Assembly: GCA_013239625.1 (NCBI GenBank)
Contig: MU054041.1
Span: forward strand, 124,001 to 144,575
Direction: 5' to 3'
From: Lama guanicoe
Lineage: Eukaryota
DNA length: 20,575 nt
Made by a program: the position numbers and the translations under genes. The first letter of the stretch is position 1. Each line of letters starts with the position of its first letter. The notes beneath the pieces were generated by a model. That model worked only from the letters and a program-made list of their open reading frames with translations, made no database searches and had not been told where the DNA came from. Below, piece after piece: positions 19,781 to 20,575 of this stretch.

Positions 19781-20575
19781 GTAAGTTTTCTATTACTAAG
19801 TGAAGCTTTGCATGTCTCAAAAGTGAGGCACGTCAAAACTATCTATGGGATGTTGTTTTAATGCTCATGTCTAGATCCTGCCCATCAAAGATTTTAACTC
19901 AATGTTATGAGAACTGGCTATAGTAATTTATTAAAATGCTTCCATGTTCAAAAGTAGTTTTAATATATAGTGAGTAATAACTTCTACTATAAACTGTGTT
20001 GCTTCCAAATAAGATTCTAGTGGATACATTGTCCTCTTTTGTTTTCCAGTATTTATGGTTGGAATGTGGTAGATCCTGATAGGATAGAGATGATCTAAGT
20101 CTTCTGTAGTTACATTATTCAAAATTGTATTTAAAATAAAAATTATGTTCAATATTCATAATCATTCAGACTCTGAAAAAAGTAAAATTTTATATTAAAA
20201 TATAAGGATGTTGAGGCTAAATTTAAGTATGCATTAATTAAAACTATGAGGAGTAAATCACAGAAAGCTAGAAGGTACTGAAAATATGAACTATAAAAAG
20301 CAAACAGTTATGGAAAACTGAGAAAAATACGTAATTATCTGTATACTTTGTATCAAAGATTCATGACTTCAGAAGGAAAATCAGGCCCTCTTTCAAATAG
20401 TGATAATTGGAATCTGTATTTTTTTAAAAAGCATTTCACTTTGCTCTGGAATAGAAATACACTGTAGAATAGAAATAAACTCGTAAGTAAAACTGTAGGT
20501 TCTGGCTGGCAGAAGTCCCACTGAGACGGAATGAACTACTCTATGGAAAAAGTCAAGAGAGCGAGAAAGAGCTGG

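Noticed and set aside
19122..20152. ORFs 19122-19403 (+) and 19931-20152 (-), and an acceptor-like ttttgttttccag at ~20049
   Set aside because: Near-cognate starts, AT-driven composition, no matching donor and no recognisable domain.
20150..20575. A-rich tract resembling old L1/HAL1 and a possible LTR start near 20494
   Set aside because: Similarity is too weak to call without a profile search, and it is truncated by the window edge.
1..20575. CRISPR array, operon, tRNA/rRNA or other prokaryotic/viral system
   Set aside because: No regularly spaced repeats, no long ORFs and no structured RNA signature; composition and repeats are those of mammalian non-coding DNA.

Overview
This is AT-rich, CpG-depleted, non-coding eutherian (placental mammal) genomic DNA, either a large intron or intergenic. 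I find no supportable protein-coding gene, RNA gene, CRISPR array or prokaryotic system. The listed ORFs are short chance frames or derive from repeats and a microsatellite. A large part of the window is ancient interspersed repeats: several L2 LINE fragments, MIR/MIR3 SINEs, hAT-Charlie/MER5-type DNA transposons, ERVL-class solo LTRs (MER21, LTR41-like, LTR33/LTR16-like), an old L1M 5' fragment, and probable L4 (RTE-X) and MamSINE1 relics. There is also an (AG)20(TG)16 microsatellite. Several elements are nested; the clearest case is a near-complete MER21 LTR with an intact AAGAC target-site duplication that splits an L2. No young lineage-specific SINE is visible. The best second-look signals are a set of + strand candidate exons with good splice signals (including one inside the antisense MER21), a perfect 12-bp-arm inverted repeat, a decayed LTR41 CTCF site and a few motif clusters in repeat-free stretches. 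Repeat family names come from my recall of consensus sequences, boundaries are approximate, and both need RepeatMasker/Dfam confirmation. I did not find a convincing novel biological system.
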